Source: Atractiella rhizophila (lineage: Eukaryota). Taken from it: a DNA stretch of 56,704 nucleotides. The stretch's first letter is position 1, and each line of letters opens with the position of its first letter. The notes under the pieces were generated by a model. The model saw only the letters and a program-made list of their open reading frames with translations. It had not been told where the DNA came from and did not search any database. The DNA lies in assembly GCA_021432655.1 (NCBI GenBank), contig MU271189.1:124001-180704 (forward strand), read 5' to 3'. The position numbers and the translations under genes were made by a program. Positions 53,450 to 56,704 of the stretch are shown here, one piece after another.

Positions 53450-55005
53450 ATGTCTGCGCCAACGACAGAACCCGCTCCATTGCCTCGTCACCTTCAGCAA
53501 CTGCTCGATGAGCTTGCAGCTGAACCCCCTCCCCCATGTCAGCTAGGACAGGAAATCGACGTGATGCAAGAGCATCCAGGACACGATCTACCGCAATCTG
53601 TCAGGGAATCCGTGGAACAGCTCTCTGATAGCGATTTGATCCAGCTTACTCTAGGGCTAATCGATAAACTCGAACCACCTAAAGCGGTCTCAGTAATGAA
53701 TAGCGAGAAGAAGGAGAAGGAGGACAGAGACATTCTGAAAGGCTTCATTCGATGGGACCGAAAGGCAGTCGTAGAGGAGGTGAACAAAAGGAGACCCGTC
53801 GAAGAGCACGTTACTTCTGAGAGGCTCAGCAGGAGCTTTGCTGAATTCGTCCTGAGGTATCGACACCAATTACGGTCGTTCATTCGCAATATGAAGAGTC
53901 AGTGTATCTGCGTAGGCATGTCGTTTGTTTCTTGTTGAAACGATTAATGGCAGTGATAGCGAAAGCCACCAAACCGGCAACGCCCACATCAAGTGTGTCT
54001 TCCTCAGACCCATCCGTGAAGTCAACCACCTCAGCTCCTGCTGGTCCTCCGCCCTCTCTTCCCTCTAGCGCCACCTCCCGAAATCGCCGCCATGTTGCGA
54101 ATGTTCTTAGCTTACCCTGTTCTCACATTACCTTGCTTATTGAGTGCTAGGTTTGCAAGCGCGATAACAATTGCTGCCGAGTATCTGGAATTCCAAAAGC
54201 AGACGACCCTTGTCAAGTGGCCCACCTCTTGCCATGGAAAGTACCATCACCCGTAAGCTTTGAGAGATCCCTATTGAATATCCTTGACTGCAAACACAGT
54301 TTTGGTCTTGGATCTCACGGATTTTCGGCACTGAATATCATGAAGCAGTATGCGATACACCTGCAAATATGATCCTTATTCATTCATCGGTTCATGCACG
54401 AGTTGGGTCGTTCCAAGTGTGGTTTGAGAGGGATGACAGTAACAATTTGGTGAGCAATTCAAGTATTTACTCCGCATTTAACCTGCTGATTATGAAAAAG
54501 ACTCTACATCTACGAAATGGCGGCAACAAGTTTGATTCTGGAGTAGTCACCGACCTCGTTCGGATAAAGGACCTTCCGAGAAGTGGAGTCTGGACTGCAA
54601 GGGATGACGAGATACTGCAAGAGATGATCGATGAGATCGATGAGATCGATGAGCAACGGGGACGAGCTGTCCCAAGCCTTTTCCGTAGGACGTACGATGG
54701 GTCGACAGTGTTTCCCGCCTTGACGCTGACAGGCAAAGGTGGTCGGTCCTCCGCTTAATGTTGAAGATGTCTCCGGAAAGTTTGCCTTCTATCATAAAGC
54801 TCTAGGCGACGTCATATGGATGAGCGGAGCGACACGGTGGATGGACGACTCCGATAGCGAAGATGATGAGGATGTTGATCTAGTCAGGAACGAATGCAGA
54901 GGCGGAGAGTTACTGCGAACCAAAACCTGGGTGGAAGATCAGATATCAATGATACAGCAAAGGGAGATAGAGCGGGCGCCAACACCAACGTCTGTCGATG
55001 CGTAG
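53450..55005 (+). pseudogene. HNH endonuclease-domain paralog of 18565-20098 with a late frameshift
   Basis: Near-identical N-terminus MSAPTTEPAPLPRHLQQLLDE; RDNNCCRVSG..CQVAHLLPWK; ANMILIHSSVHARVGSFQVWFE; frame breaks near 54740-54758. Confidence 0.75.
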
Positions 55006-55386
55006 CATCTGGGTGAGCGTTGAGTAGAAATTAAAGTAAATTCTACCTCGTCCTCCTCATCTAGCCCAGAGGAGGCCTTTCCACCCTCTTACGAGAGTCT
55101 GAGGCCTTTCTGGGACATGGTGAAGGTTCCTTAGTTGATGGAGAGTCAGTTTTGTGTGAATTTGTGATGAAGGGTGTTCACCGATCACAATAGCGCCTAT
55201 CCCATAATATTGTCAACAATCACGGTTACTAGTATTTCAAGTTGTTTCTCCATGTCCTCAACCTTTGCAATGTAGGGGGTGTTACAGGGTCTATGGATAA
55301 CATGAATCTATTGCAAAAGTGGATAAAAGAAAGGGTAATGTGATTCCAATACTTTGAGATTCCGCACCATCATTTGTTTTGGTCCA

Positions 55387-56704
55387 TCAAGTTGACATTT
55401 CCTTATCTTCTTCCTCTTCCTTCTCAATCGCCACATTCTTCTCAGATTTGTTCCTTGTGTTCTCCCACATCTTACCCACCACTTCTCCCCTCAACCACAT
55501 CTCCTCCGGAGTCCACCACCAAGCCAAGAACCCAAAGATGGTCACAGCCCCGAAGATGACACAGGCGAAGTTGAACGTTTCCGCCGTGACAGGGAAGGTG
55601 TAAGGTGAGAGAATCACACACATCAAAAACACTGTCGTTCCTCGTGTGAGCCCACAGCATCAAAGTGGGCAGGAAAGGGAAAGGAGGACTCACAATTCCA
55701 CACAGCTGCAATTACGCAGAAAGGCCTCGACCAACGTCCCAGGGACCACTTTCCTCTGCTGAAGTTGTGTGGGGTAAAAATAAGCCTACAAAAACGTCAA
55801 TCAATATTGAATTGTTCTCGCTGAAGCATACCTGAGGATGGGAATGAGTGCATAGGCTGCGATTGTAGGGACGGCACCGGCAGAAACCAAGGAGGTAAAG
55901 GCGACCTGCGAGGGCAGGGAGGTGCAGAGCAAGATAGCGGAAACCTATTCGAGTCACAGTAAAGGTTGAGAGAGGAGACAATATAGGGAAAGAAACGCAC
56001 AGCCCAGATAAAGTACACGCTATTGCTGGGATTCCCATTCCTATCGACTTTCCCGATCCACTTGCTTCCAGGAAGCACTCCATCCCTCGCAACAGCATAG
56101 ATGAGGCGACTGGCAGCTACGACGGCAACTGAGGAATTCTGTCCCAGTGTCCCAATCGATGAGTCAGCAATCATGCAGGAACACAGAGAAGTGAGAACAG
56201 GACGAACGATGAGCAGTCCAAGACTCGCAACCACCGTCATTACCACCTGTCCTCCCTTTCCTAAGGCGAGTTCGTAAATGAGGACGAACGGTTGTGGCGC
56301 AGCGAGAGAGAAGAGTGTATCGAGACTGGGGGAACAGAAGAGGAACAAGATCAAGACGGGCTGTATGCATAAACAAATACGTCAAACATGCATTGACGGT
56401 AGTCTGGAGGGGTGAGACGCACAAACGCTCCAAGCGCCGATGCGACGCAACCCCAAAACAAACCTCTCGCGGCCACAAGTCCTGCGTTTTGCGTCTCCTC
56501 GGCAATGTGTCCGGATGCGTCGAATCCAGTGAGGACACCGCTCGTAGACAAGAAGGCCAGTATCCAATTCCACGCGTCCCCTGCTCCAGTGCCATTGAAC
56601 GATTTCGTAAATACCCACTTAGCGCTCTGGAATCCATAAGTTTTGGATACACCGATTGGAAGCCAGATGACGGTGAGGAGGAAGTCGATCACGATGATTG
56701 AGAT
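55387..56704 (-). CDS. Amino acid permease (APC; GABA/choline permease type), 3' part, continues beyond the window
   Basis: GFDASGHIAEETQNA, AASRLIYAVARDGVLPGS, SPYTFPVTAETFNFACVIFG. Confidence 0.93.

Overview
Intron-rich fungal genomic DNA, most likely a basidiomycete (about 50-60 nt introns, micro-exons, FunK1 kinases), with two N gaps (469-1188, 2760-3661). The left part holds a cactin fragment, an array of aflatoxin-aldehyde-reductase-like (AKR7-type) aldo-keto reductases interleaved with PhzF/PBLD-like genes and remnants, a small secreted protein, and proteasome beta5. The middle holds housekeeping genes: Sec63, an MFS transporter, an LRR protein, ARS2/Serrate and a DUF3712 protein. The right part is a rearranged accessory region with FunK1 kinase pseudogenes, HNH-nuclease paralogs, a TA-targeting MITE with a visible empty site, an inverted segmental duplication, a Ybp/glomulin-like gene and an amino-acid permease. 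The most striking observation is that 3662-5385 is written backwards (reversed but NOT complemented). Reversing it in place completes two AKR genes; it is most likely an assembly artefact. The best candidate for undescribed regulation is a stop-containing 13-nt cassette exon inside an unusually long first intron of ARS2. Exon boundaries were read by eye and no database searches were run.
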